64,000 nt of DNA, from NCBI RefSeq assembly GCF_001194135.2, contig NC_069003.1, positions 32,665,292 through 32,729,291 on the forward strand, written 5' to 3'. A program made the position numbers and the translations under genes. Below are positions 12,501 through 25,020 of the stretch, one piece after another (the stretch's first letter is position 1; each line of letters begins with the position of its first letter). The notes below the pieces were generated by a model that worked only from the letters and a program-made list of their open reading frames with translations, did no database searches and was not told the origin of the DNA. Source of the DNA: Octopus bimaculoides (Eukaryota).

Positions 12501-12712
12501 AAGCTGCTAGATAGGGTGCAGATGCAGAATTTAAAAACATACAGGCCATCGTATCTGAATATATCCAAGTTTCTAGTGAAAACCTCATCGTTGATGAACA
12601 TGGGAATGCAAAGTTCAAGGGTATTTGGCAATGAGTGTTAAACACCAAAATTAATCCCTGTGTCAGTTCATCTTTGCCAGATCACCCAGTTTTGTTCTAA
12701 TCCAAATGAAAT
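7700..12712 (-). other. Probable long 3' UTR of ZFAND5/6 (3' end not determined)
   Basis: U-rich on the minus strand, no recognisable SINE/LINE copies over ~5 kb, several AATAAA hexamers (e.g. 8823-8818). Confidence 0.45.
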
Positions 12713-12861
12713 TCAAATCTTCTGAATTTTTTCACCTACAACAACAGGATTATTTTTCCGGATTTGTTCCTGAGCCATCTCCTTATAATCAAATGTACAA
12801 CTATGCTTATCCGAATAACGATGAAGACTGCAATAAAGACCCTCACATCGGCAGCGGAATC
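12713..12861 (-). CDS. ZFAND5/6: ZFAND5/6 last coding exon (AN1 finger and stop)
   Basis: Acceptor tttttcctttatag|; [48 protein letters not shown] then TGA. Confidence 0.96.
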
Positions 12862-15800
12862 CTATAAAGGAAAAATACATATAAATAAAACAAAAACACA
12901 CATAACGTTTTTATAGTTGAGCAAACAATATTTGAAGATCAGTAGACCCAGCTGTTAAATATCTACATTCACTTTAATAATTCTTGATGCTTCATAGATG
13001 TACTTCTAACAGAATTTACAAAATAGAAAGCTTGAATTTTAAACTGTTTAATTACTGGCACGAATTTTTGTACACACAAATATATATATATGATCAAACA
13101 AGGCTGGTGTTGGTCTGTGCCATCAAGGTTAAATTATATAGTAAAATAAGAGAACTGCCATGGAATGTGGGAAAATCCAATGTTTCAAATACAATCCTTG
13201 TTAATTTCTCTTTCAACAACTTTGCCTAAAGGACTGTCCAAATAGATTCCCCATGGTAAGTTCACAGTAAGTTTTACTACACACATACTAACAGAAAGAG
13301 GAATTTAATTTTTACATCAAAAATACTTCCTTATCCTTAAATAACTGAAAAAGGTCAATACGTATTATTCTATCCTTAGTGCATACTGATAATTTAGGCC
13401 ATTATATGCAGCTAAATATATCTAGCTTAAACAGTTTAGAGTAAAAAGAAACTTTCAGAGCCTTTCAATAGAATTTAATAGTGTTTTGGTCTTTGCACCA
13501 TGGCCATACTGGGGTATTTCGTTACCTTCAAGAGATCTTATCAATTACATCAACCCCTGTACTTAGCTGTTGAATGAATAAAATAAATTCTGGGCAAAGT
13601 GCACCTCAGCATAAAGGGACCTAACTCAAGCGAAAGAACTAAAGTATTTTTATTTGACACACCAATTTATCAGCAATCTCTTGTCAAAACACACACAACT
13701 AGCTTTTGCAGGTTCTATCTACATAATTTCCTTCATAAGGCATTGGTCAACCTGAAACTCTGGTAGAAAACACTTAAGATGCAGCACACTAGGACTGAAC
13801 CCTAAACCATGTGGCTGCGAAGAATTCAAATTGTAACTTTTGTACCTTCATTAGTGTTAGCTGGTTCTTCTAACTGAACTGAGTCACTAGTCAGGTCTAA
13901 TTCAAAGTCAGCCTACATATTCCATCAAGAAACACTGTATACATCTAGACTGGTAATTAGTTATTGTGAGAGGCAATCAAGATGGCTGTGAGCCATATCT
14001 TCAATTATTGTTGTTGCTCAGTCCTGATCAAGCAAACCTATGATTAAAAACTTTCCAACAATGATCACACCCTTTTTCTCCCTACACCCATTATATCAAA
14101 ATTTTCCTTTCTATTTTAAGACTAGGGAATGTGCTTTGAAGAAGGCTGCAGTTTTTAGAAAGCTGTGCCATTATACAGAGAGGCTCCCCCCATCACTGAA
14201 GTGTATAAAAGCAGAGTTGTTCTCGGACCCACCATCATAATCATTTAATGTCTACATCTCTGTTTGCACGAGTCAGAATTTGTTGAGGCAGATTTTCTAC
14301 AACCAGATGCCAACCCTCATCTGTTTCCAAGTAAGGTAACATTTCCCCCATGATCAGACATGTTTTCAAGAAAGACAGGAAATGAAGGACACTGCTTGGT
14401 ATTCATTTACAACTATCACATGAAGTCAAGGCAAGGAAACAGTAACACACATATATGATGGGCTTCTTTCAGTTTCTACCTACAAAATCTGTTCATAAAG
14501 CCTTGGTTGACCGAAAGAACTAAAAGGTGGAATTGTATGGCCTACAGATTAAATTAACATACCTGTTAATCCAACCTTCTTTTTGCAAGTATGGCAACGA
14601 TTTTTTTTAGGTTTCTTATTTGCTTCTGATGATTGAGGGTCCTCACCACCTTTGTGAATAAATACAAAAATAAAAGTAGAAAATGACCAAAAAAAAGAAA
14701 GAAAAAAAAGCAAGTAGAAAAAATGATTAACACCAATTAAAATCTACAAGACAAATTATTATGAAATGGTGAATACTTACCTACAGCTGCTCCTTCATTT
14801 TTATCTATATCTTTTTCCTGATTGGAATTAGGGACAGGTACGGTAGGTGTGGCAGTTTTTATACTAGGGATAACTGATGTATCAACACCAGTTGCACCTT
14901 CAACTATACTAGGTGTTGATGAGATTTCTTGACTTGATGGTCCTGCAATGTAAAGACAAAAGCTGTTAAATGAGGCAAATAATTCTTTAGAAATATTAAG
15001 GGGACAACTAAGGCAAATGTTAACGTTTGTGACTAAACATCATGGGGTCATATGTTTCAAGGTCACTGTATCACCATCTGCACAAGTGCATCTTTTCAAT
15101 TTGTAACAAACTATGAACATTGAAGTTTAGTTGCACATTTTACAAGAAAGAATAAATTTGATTTACACTGCCAACCGAAGAATGGACTTTGTAATTAACT
15201 TTCAAACTGAAAAGTAAACAGCTGGATCGCCATTGCATTATGCACTTTTGTATTATCCAGGATGAAAAACCTTGATTTATTAAGCACTAAACACAAGTGT
15301 ACGCAATCATTTTCTTCCTCAGACAGTCTTACACAACCTTTCCTTTTTCTTACTTTAAACCTGTGCTCATTGAGCATTCTTCCATGAGAACCTCAAGTTG
15401 ACAAACCCTAACTTCCCAAAATGTCATATATAGGAACAGAAAATGTGGCTGTGGTTAATGGGTGTGGGCTAAAAAAACATCATACAAACATAAAACTAAA
15501 TATCTGTATTGTCCACAACAAGCATCCTAGTGGTAATTAGAAAATAACATTTACATTGCATATTTCCACACTAAGGATACCAACATGTCTGATAAATTCT
15601 TTTCTCAAAACTATTTGACAGATTTTGTATTAATTCACCAGGCCTGTTCATGTGTTTTAGATAAACCTCACAGCAACCAGCTCTACTCTACCACCATCAC
15701 AACCCTATTTAGTGATTAGTTTAAAGCTTTCCCTCCATCCTAGTTGAAAGAGGTTCTGCTTATCACTCCTGTTTGTTGAGAGCAACACAATAGTGAAGCG

Positions 15801-17260
15801 AGTGCACTTCAGCAGCTCAGAGTTAGGCCACCATAAGCAGCCATCCCAATTCCTGATATAAGGAGCATCACTGACTAGGAAACAACAAAGCATTTATTTC
15901 CTCAACATTTCCCAACAAGTAAAGCAATGGAAGCAGAAGATATCAGAGACGATCCATGTTGGCAAATAGTAAGAACAAACAAATCACAAAGTAGAATAAA
16001 GTAGCTTGCTGTGAAGGAAAAAAAAAAATAATCTAACATTTCCAGCAGTACCCACACGTTCTCTCTCTCACACACAAGAAAGAGAGACAGAAAACATGTG
16101 GACAATTCATTTGTCTCAAATTGAGAGACTTGCCATAAAATACTTTTCCTCTTCACAGTAACATAATTTTTTTCCACTTTGTAACCATTTCTACTTGTCT
16201 AAAACAAACACTCTCTAGTTTCCTTAGATAATACTGTTTCATTTAAGCACTATCATCGTGGTAAATCTTTCCAGTCAGATTGCCTATGAAGTTTCCCAAA
16301 TGAAACTAATTCAATCATGTTTTTCTATTCCAAATATCATCATGTGAAAAGTAAAGTCTGTTTCTCATCTCATCTTTAACAATGAACTGCCTGAAATAGT
16401 CAACATATAGCCAAGGTTTACATAATCCGTGGATGACATACCTTCTGGAACTAGTGACAACTATATTTCCCTCATATCACACCTAACAACCTTAAACCAA
16501 AAAAATTACAAACACACAGAATAATGGCATCCTACATGTATAGTCCTACATGTATAGTCCTACATGTATAGTCGTCCTGAAATAAAAGCAATAGGTCACA
16601 GCTGAAATGCTTTTTGATCATAGGTCTGCTTTATATCAAGGTCAACTTCAAGTTAACAACAACCCTTAGGTGCCTCAACCTGCAAAAAACAGCAGCCTTT
16701 ATATCAATTATATCACACCCATATCTTAGAGGAAAGGATTCATTAAATAATGTATTCCTAAATACATAACAAAAAAAAAGGAGAGAGAGAATACCTTTAA
16801 TCATTGATTCTTTTTTTTAAGTGTTTAGTCAAAAGAGGAAGTGCCACACCCATAATCTTTTTTAAGTCTTGATGTCAGATAGAAAAAAAAAGGTATAAGC
16901 ATCTGACTGGAAACCTTGTTCAAATGCTTGCAATAGAGTGGCTCCCACTTAAATTGGATAGCAGATTGAAAAAAGAAAAAAAAGGGCTCCTCCAATTGAC
17001 TTCTATATTTCCTTTGATAATCAGATTATTATGTATAGTGCTCATGTGTACTACAATTTATCAAAGATGCAGGTATAGTACATAGAACTACGTACAAATG
17101 CCAGGTAAGTGAACAGTGCATGAGTCATGATATACAAGTGTGCACGCATATAGAGGGGTGGGGATATCAGGTGTAGCATTGGCGAATTTCAAGAAGGATG
17201 GAGGTTTTAAAGGATGCAATGTCTCAACGATGGCTATGATAGAAAACATTTGACCAAAGT

Positions 17261-17294
<34 letters not shown>

Positions 17295-20200
17295 CCATAC
17301 AAACGTGAAGCAAACTTCTTAACCGTAACAGTCTAGTGTTGCAAATTAAATGAAACCAGCCCGCAAATCAGTCCTGGTCTGACACACCTTATGATCAAAG
17401 ACAATGTGTTCTATCTCTTCACTCTTTGTTTTTTAAAAAAGATGGTAGGGTGTAATTTGAGGGAGATTCGGTTGCTGTTTCTAGCAGAGAAGTGATAATA
17501 CACGGCTCCTTTAATTGTTGGAGTTAAATATCTGGAATGTGGGACAGACATTCAGGTATATCTTTTGTTAGCTTGATACACAGTGGCTGAATGGAATTTT
17601 ATCTCCTAAGCTTTAATTACCAGTCTCATGACAACCGGAATATCATTTCACAATGATGATTAGTTATCCATGCTTGCTGACAGCCAATCACAAAACCCCT
17701 TCACTGTAAACTTCCTTATATGTGCATGTGTGTGTGTAAAATGTTATGAAAACATTCACCAATCAAAAGGCATTTTACAATTTATTAAAAACTATTGGCT
17801 AACAACTTTAATAAATATCCATTATTATTAACATCCTTATTTTTTGTTACCACACATTTCTTTTAAAAATTACTCATGGATCATAAAACTAATTCTAACA
17901 ATATGAATTTAAAGACATTGAAAACTACTGAAGGAACCACGTTTCAATTTTACTTTAAACAACAGAAGTATTTCTGACGACAGTCATACTAGAACTGAAG
18001 CAGAAGAGACTGACATGAATGGAGCAGTCAACACAATGCCAGAAATATCACCAAGTTTTCAAGACCAACACCAGGAACATAACTATTACAGATAAAGACT
18101 ATATATTTGCAATTATTTCGCTGGTGAAAACATCATTGGCTAGGTAACATTTTCTACAATAGGCACAACTACTGAAATTTTGGGGGAGGGTACTAGCTGA
18201 TTACATCAACCCCCAAAAGAATTTTAACTCAAAACATGAAGGCCAAGCATTTTACCCAGCATGCTTACGATTCTGCAGCCTCGTCACCTTGACTGGGTAA
18301 AATGAAAACCTCAGCGAAATAAGAGTAAAGATTATTTGCCAGCGTAACATGGCAGTCCTGTTTTAGGACGGACGTTGCTGTAATTTAGCCCCAGGAGACA
18401 TTGTCTCCAGCTGGTTATATGACACAATCTGTCATATAGCTAAATTACAGCAACATTCGTCCTAAACCAGCACAGCCATGTTACGTTGGTAAATAATCTT
18501 TACTATGGAGTACTGTTGCTGAATATGTCTTGTTGAGAGATTTACAAATAGTAATTTTCTCTGTGAAATTGTTCAAAGCAGGATAAATGAAACGCGTCAC
18601 TGATAGCAAGCATTTGCCAGGTAAACTTAGGTATAGTTTAGTATTAAACATATCTAATGCAAAGATTAAACTAAAAATAATTACTTTACTATAGTTAAGA
18701 AGTCAGTATTAAGCATATTTGATGTAGGAAACATTAAAGATCAAACTAGAAATAATTTGAGAAACTTTGATCAGGGCTGGTAAGCCAAGAGGCTGCACGA
18801 CACTCAAAGTATGTTGCTCAGCATGGCCACAGTCCAATGACTGAAACCGGTAAGAAGAGTATATCTTTAAAGATAATTACTAATACAGTGTTTTAAAAGA
18901 CAGGATTCAATTTACATTTTCTGCTAAAAGCTTAATAGAAATTTTGCTCATACTGAAGCTTTGAAATGCATTTTATACGCCTACTTTATAGACACATTCT
19001 TAGCCACATGAAATCGTAGTCGTGGCTGATACTGGTGTCACCGAACTGGCACGCATGCCGGTGGCACGTAAAAAGCGCCTTTCTAGTGTTGGGCCTCATG
19101 AAGGCAATGACGAATGACCAGGTCTTTTAGCATTATGTTGTACTTGAGAAGAAGACCCATCAAGTAAAATTGCAGTCAAACCAGATGCATCACCAATTTT
19201 TTCATCGATATTTAGAGCTTCCACACACACACACACACACAGTCAACTGTATAACAGTCCCAAGGTATTTGGTCAACCCAAAACTATGAGAGAAGGTACT
19301 TGCTCAAGGTGACATACTTTCATAACAAAAAAATAAAAAAGACAATAGACAAATATTGAATTTATGAAATCCACTTCATCTTTACAATCAAGTGTACAAT
19401 ATTAGTGTTCAGGTGAGCCTCTATTGCCAGGTATGGACAATATTTTTCAAGAAGTAAGCCATAGGTGGGCTGCACCACTAAAAAATTCAAGGTTATATTT
19501 TGTTAGGTGTGCTATTTAGAAAGTCCGACAGACTGCAGGTTGCCCATGACTGCTCCATGCAATCAGTGAACCTGCTTGTAATAGCAGCCAAATTTCCCTC
19601 TAATAACAATCCTGTTATCTTAAAGGATACCTTAGAAAATGCTTAGATGTATATATGTGTACTTTGCTTTGGATAATATAATTGATAACACCCCCCACCA
19701 CCACCCCCAAAACAGAAAAAAATTTATAGGTCTTTACTCACAGTATTATTGTACGTGGGTAAAAATCTATAATTTTAACTACAACTGAAAGAAAATAAGT
19801 CAATACTCTGCTACAAATTATTTGTTAATACATCAACTCCGTTACAAAAAAAAAAAAAGCAAGTGTAAATCAAATCTTTGATGTGAGAAATGATGAAAGA
19901 AGGGAAGTAATCACATAAGTTATTTCTACACCAGAGATGGTCCCAATGTTAGCAACAACAGTGGACTTTATGCTGATAGCGGTGGTAAATGCTCAGCAAA
20001 TTGCATTTTAGGAAAATGTACAAAGAACAGCTACATATATAGGCCACCTCACTGGCTTCCATGCAGTTTACATCCACCTAATTTCACTCACTCGACTTGG
20101 ACTGACTGACTGTCTCAAGGCTATGGTAGATATTTGCAGAGTGTCACACAGTGGGATTGAACCCAGAACCACACAACTGAAAAGTGAACTTAGTTACATG

Positions 20201-22934
20201 ACCATGTCTATATCCTGTTTACACAGGATTCTAGAGAACACTGTTACAGATTCCTAGGAAACTGAAAGTTTACTAAAGCATCACTCATCAACTAATGGAG
20301 GATGACAAGTAGGTGTGGAGGTTAATATATTTCTTATTTTTAAAAACATTATCAGGCTTTGATGCCATACAGATTCAAAATGAGACACATCCTGCATGTT
20401 TCATGAATGAGGACCACTCCCAAAACTAACTATATAGACTAACCCTTTCGTAACTAAATTTCTAATATTTCATCTGTTGCGGTCTCAATTTTCAATATAA
20501 AGATTTGGGGGAAAGTATAGTATAGTATTCTAAAATATTCCATAGTCTATATATATATATTATGGTGGTATTATTTACCTAACTGAAATCTCTCAATATC
20601 ATCCTTATTGTAATGAGATTTTTAACCAAGATTTTAATTTAAATATCAACAGTTTAATTACAGGCAGTTTCAGCTGGCTTGGTATTGACACAGTTCAATT
20701 ATCCAAGACTTTTCATGGAAAAAAATTTGTTTAGATTAAAAGAAAAAAAAATGCAGCCATGGATGTGTAGTTGATAAACTTGCATCCAGCCACATGCTTT
20801 CAGGTGCAATCCCAGTGTGTGGCATCTTAGGCAAGTGTTGCCTTGTACAAGCTCCAGGCTGGCCAAAGCCTTGTGAGTGCCAGATAGAAACTAAAAGAAG
20901 CCTATCACGCGCACATGTGTGTGTGTATACACATACGTTTTTGTGTTGTGTTTGCTCCCTACTATTGCTTGACAACTAATGTCGGTTTGTTTCCATCCCC
21001 ATAACTTAGCAGTTCAGCAAAAGGAACTGATAGAATAAGGTTCAAACTTCAAAAAAAAAAAATAAGTACTGGGAGTGATTTGTTTGATTAAACCATAGGC
21101 CACCAAACTACAGCCCACAACGTCAATTTGTCCAGTACGCCGTCGTATGCTGAAAAAAATAAACACGCTTTTATCCTACTTCTTCTTAGATCATGCATGT
21201 TGTATGTATACTGAATCAGTCACGTCACGCGCTATGTATTTCACGCTCCATAATAATTACTACAGTACATCACGTGTGCCTTGGGCTAGTCAGTTATTAG
21301 TGATTACAATTAAAACGAGAATATCTGACGCTGAGGCCTAAGACTGCTTTTGTTTTTTCTTCACCCATCGTTATGGCTATTAAGAAGAGAAAGGTTGATG
21401 ATGAATGTCGCATTTTCAATAAAGAATGGTGAGAAAAGTATTTCTTTGTGGAAACAAACGACCAGGAAGCTAGTTGTCTGATATGCAACGAAAGTGTTGC
21501 TGTTATGAAAGAGTACAATATTCATTGTCACTACAAAGCAAAACGTCTCTTAACACATTCTAGATATTCTGGAAAGTCGCAGTCCGAGAAATTTTAATTT
21601 ATGAAACAGTTTGGAATCTCAAAGGAATTTCTTTACAAAAAAGTTTGTTGAAAATGAATCTATCACTCGTGTAAGTTACAAAATACTGAATAAGTTGGCA
21701 GAACGAGGAAAACAGTTTACTGATGGAAACTTTATAAAAGAGTGCATGATGGAAGCAGCAAATGACTTGTGTCCTGAAAAAGCTAATATGTTTGTCTGTA
21801 TCAGCCTTTCAGCAAGTTCAGTTGTGCAGAGAACAGAAGAACTTGGAGAGAATATACAGTTACATGAGAAAGCCAAGAAATTTTTGTGGTATTCTCTCGC
21901 AATGGATGAGTCTACTGATCTCTCTAGTATGTCACAACTTCTTGTGTTCATTTGTGGTATTAATTGCAACTTTGAGATTATAGAAGAAATGGCATACATT
22001 TGCAGTATACATGGAACAACACCTGGAGAAGATATTTTCATAGAGGCGCAGAAAACTGCAAAATTATAACCTTCAGTGGAATCAACTTCGGGAGGGAAAA
22101 GCATAGCAGGAGTGAGAAAGGGTTTGGTAGGGTGGATCCAGACCAAGTTGGAGGAGCAACTTCCGAAAGCTCTACTTATACACTGCATTATACATCAGCA
22201 AGCACTCTATGGAAAACACTTAGATATTTCTTGCGTACTAAAACCGGTTATAACTGTGGTGAACTTTATTCGGAATCATGGGCTCAACGACAGTTCCAGG
22301 CTTTCCTTGAAGAAACGGATTCTAATTTCTGTGACTTGCCTTACTACACAGAAGTGAGATGGCTCAGTTGCAGTAAAGTCCCGTTTCGTTTTTATAAGCT
22401 CCAAAGAGAAACAGATCTTTTTCTCACCGAAAAGAATAGAGCTGTTGCTAATTGGCTCAACTTGAAAAATTCGTCTTGTGATTCTTCCCCCCATGACCTC
22501 TCAATGTGGAGAAGTAGTGGTTTGGTCTGATACTTATGGAGAATAAATTTTTCAGTTGAACTGTTTGCCATTAAATTTTCGTGTTTTTGCTTGTAATATT
22601 AAATGTTTCTTTCTAACAGGTACAACTCTAAGTTTTTAGGGTTGCACATGCTAAAAGTACAAAATTTCTGAAATGCGATTGGTTATCAAAATCTGTGACA
22701 TGTACAGGCTATTAGGTTTCACTGTGAAAACTGGTGGATATTTCAGGGTTTGGGCAATTAAAGCCTTTTAAAGACAAAACTGAAGTTGAACATTATCTTA
22801 ATATATAAAATACCAAGTCACGTGTCCATTTTTATTTTGTTTCGTTTCTTTCTTTCTGTCACACTGGAAGGAGAAAGTGGCAGTGCTGAGAGTAGGAAGA
22901 GAGAGAAAGAATGTATTATAAAGCAAGGCAGATT

Positions 22935-22969
<35 letters not shown>

Positions 22970-24630
22970 TAGGAGTTTGATAGAGTAGGATGCATAAATA
23001 TATCAGTAGCCAGTGAGATAAGTAGTCATGCGAGTAGACACTGAAATATATATAGGGAAGGGGATGAAAACAAGAGAGATAGTGTTAGGAAAAGCGGGGA
23101 TGGGGGGACTGCTATACAATAGAGAGAATGAGATCATGTGAGAGAGAGAGAGATTAGTATATGATATCAAAATATGCGTAGGAAAGTTAGGAAATAAAGA
23201 GGTGGAGGCAAACAGATGTAAGGGAAATATACAGAAAGGAAGAGAAGAAATAAAGTATGTCAGTGAGAATAATGAAGGAGACAACTGATAGAAGGCAAAA
23301 TTAAACAAGAAAATGGAGTAAAAAATAAAGCATGAAGATTAACTAAAAGGGAGCAGAAAAGTCCCTTTTAGCAGGTACTATGCTACCAACTATATATAGT
23401 TCAATTTAGTATAATAATGATGAAACAATCAGGGCAGATAAAACACTAATAACTAGAGTTCAGTTTAATATAACAACAATGATATACCTTATAGCTTTAA
23501 CAAAATTGTATAATGTTAAATACCAATTAGACTAATTATTTTGTACAAGTAGCAGTGTGTCTAAATGTCAAATTTTATACATATTACATATAGGGCTCTG
23601 GTTTTGTTCCCACTAAGTCAAACCTTGGGTTGACCAAAGCCTTGTGAGTGAAAGTATGGAAACCTGTCGGACAGGGTTCTTGGCTGGTAGCTATAATCCA
23701 TCACCAGGGGGTCCTTGAGAGTTTTATGAGCCTGCACAGATGCAGTGACTCCCCTCCACCCAACCCCACCACCAGTCTTAAAAGTCCTACCTTCTTCTTC
23801 TGACTAAGCCATAAAAAAAGACAGCAAAGAAAGATATAATTTGATAACCAAAAGTAAAAGTTTAAAACTAAAAATGCCTTCAAAAAAATGCAACTGGAAT
23901 GGTTAAGCCTTCAAATGTTCCTACATTTTGAATTGCCTAAATTGGCACAACTTAGTTAAACTAGCTGAACACCCAGGCTGTAGAAAGAACACCATTGTAG
24001 TAGAATAGCTTTGGAATTGTACTTGGTATGAGACCATGTTTTGAAACTGGAACAATTACATTGTGAAAGAATCATTTTAGCATAGAGAAATACACTCATT
24101 TTTTACTATTTCTCAACATTAGCCTATTACAAAGTATTATAAGATGAAATGGAATTGTGTCAGAAATCAGGTCCTGCACATGAACCCTCCTGACACTTTG
24201 TCATATTAAGAAATGAACAAAAAAAATGCCAATACAAAGTCTTTATATTCTTAAAAGACTAATGTAACTGAATTATATACACACAAATATATATCAGCAA
24301 ATGTACTATATGTATGCAAATGCTTACGTTTCCATTACCCCTTCTTACCAACTCCTGTCAGTGTTGAAAACAAAACAAAAAAAAAAATATTAAAAAGAAG
24401 ATGCAATTACCTAGAGAAGTTTGGGCAAGGGAAGCAGTCACATTGACCACTTTATCCCCTTCACCTGTCGGGCTAATACGTCCACTTACAGGTGACGAAT
24501 TCTGTTTCCTTTTTATAGCATCTTTGTAACATTTGGAGCACATGCCGTCAAGAGCAGCAGTTCCATAGAACCCACATCCCATTCGGCAAAGGGTTCCTGC
24601 AGGTAGATTTTGATTACCATTCTGTTCCAT
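12713..24630 (-). CDS. ZFAND5/6: A20- and AN1-type zinc finger protein (ZFAND5/6 family), spliced CDS join(24630..24411,14942..14781,14649..14563,12861..12713), 205 aa
   Basis: Four exons with GT-AG boundaries, all introns phase 1. Lengths 220+162+87+149=618 nt form one open frame. N-terminal A20 finger [23 protein letters not shown]; C-terminal AN1 finger [42 protein letters not shown]...[13 protein letters not shown]. Confidence 0.96.
14563..14649 (-). CDS. ZFAND5/6: ZFAND5/6 coding exon 3 (start of AN1 finger)
   Basis: Acceptor ttattcacaaag|, donor CAG|GTATGT. 87 nt: [28 protein letters not shown]. Confidence 0.95.
14781..14942 (-). CDS. ZFAND5/6: ZFAND5/6 coding exon 2 (S/T/P-rich linker)
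   Basis: Acceptor ttacattgcag|, donor TAG|GTAAGT. 162 nt, open in phase 1: [53 protein letters not shown]. Confidence 0.9.
16531..16572. repeat. 14-bp tandem repeat x3 (cctacatgtatagt)
   Basis: Three exact copies, each containing the palindrome TACATGTA. Confidence 0.9.
18324..18512. mobile_element. Fold-back MITE-like element with 66-bp inverted arms and a branched centre
   Basis: Arms 18324-18389 and 18439-18504 align ungapped at 59/66. Two internal hairpins. Right end runs ...ctttactatggagTA. Confidence 0.75.
20745..21090 (+). mobile_element. tRNA-derived SINE copy
   Basis: Same head/body as 60017 (ggcaagtg...ccaaagccttgtgagtg...aaactaaaagaagcc), central CA/TG tract and ...gatagaataag tail. 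Confidence 0.75.
21094..22540 (+). mobile_element. Decayed hAT DNA transposon (GTF2IRD2/SPIN/Charlie-like transposase), frameshifted and 3'-deleted
   Basis: From ATG 21373: [19 protein letters not shown]...[15 protein letters not shown] (BED-like), then FIKECM...CPEK...SLS, the catalytic motif [18 protein letters not shown] and YYTEVRWLS across shifting frames. hAT-like left end cataggccaccaaactac. Confidence 0.9.
24411..24630 (-). CDS. ZFAND5/6: ZFAND5/6 first coding exon (A20 finger); exon starts at 24641 with 11 nt of UTR
   Basis: Acceptor cttcttttttaag-type tract ending AG at 24643-24642, ATG at 24630, donor TAG|GTAATT at 24411/24410. An alternative in-frame donor CAG|GTGAAG lies at 24465/24464. 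Confidence 0.93.
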
Positions 24631-24759
24631 TTCCAGTAACCCTTAAAAAGAAGGAATAAATATTTATAATACACATACATACATTCATATATATAAGTTT
24701 TAAATTAAGAACAAAGAAAATAAAATGACTACATCAAGGAACTAAAGGGAAAGTAAAAG

Positions 24760-25020
24760 AAGCCTCTGTGTGTGTGTGTGTGTGTATTCATTTATTTATG
24801 TATATATCTATGTGTGTGTGTGTGTGTTTGTTCCCCACCACTGCTTGACAACTAGTATTGGTGTTTATGTACCCGTAGTAGTTCAGCAAAAGAAACTGAC
24901 AGAATAAGTACCAGGCTTTAAAAAAAAATACTCGAGTCATTTTGTCCAACGAAAAACCCTTCAAGGCAGTGCCTCAGCAGGACTCCAGTCAAATGATTGA
25001 AACCAGTAAAAAATAAAAGA
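24760..25020 (+). mobile_element. SINE 3' portion
   Basis: tgtttgttccccaccactgcttgacaac...gcaaaagaaactgacagaataagtacc...gattgaaaccagtaaaa, shared with the 20745 and 60269 copies. Confidence 0.7.

Noticed and set aside
23003-23330. Purine-rich tract with a 101-aa minus-strand ORF
   Set aside because: Low-complexity GA-rich sequence like 34530-34860, which sits within a LINE 3' region; no domain signature.
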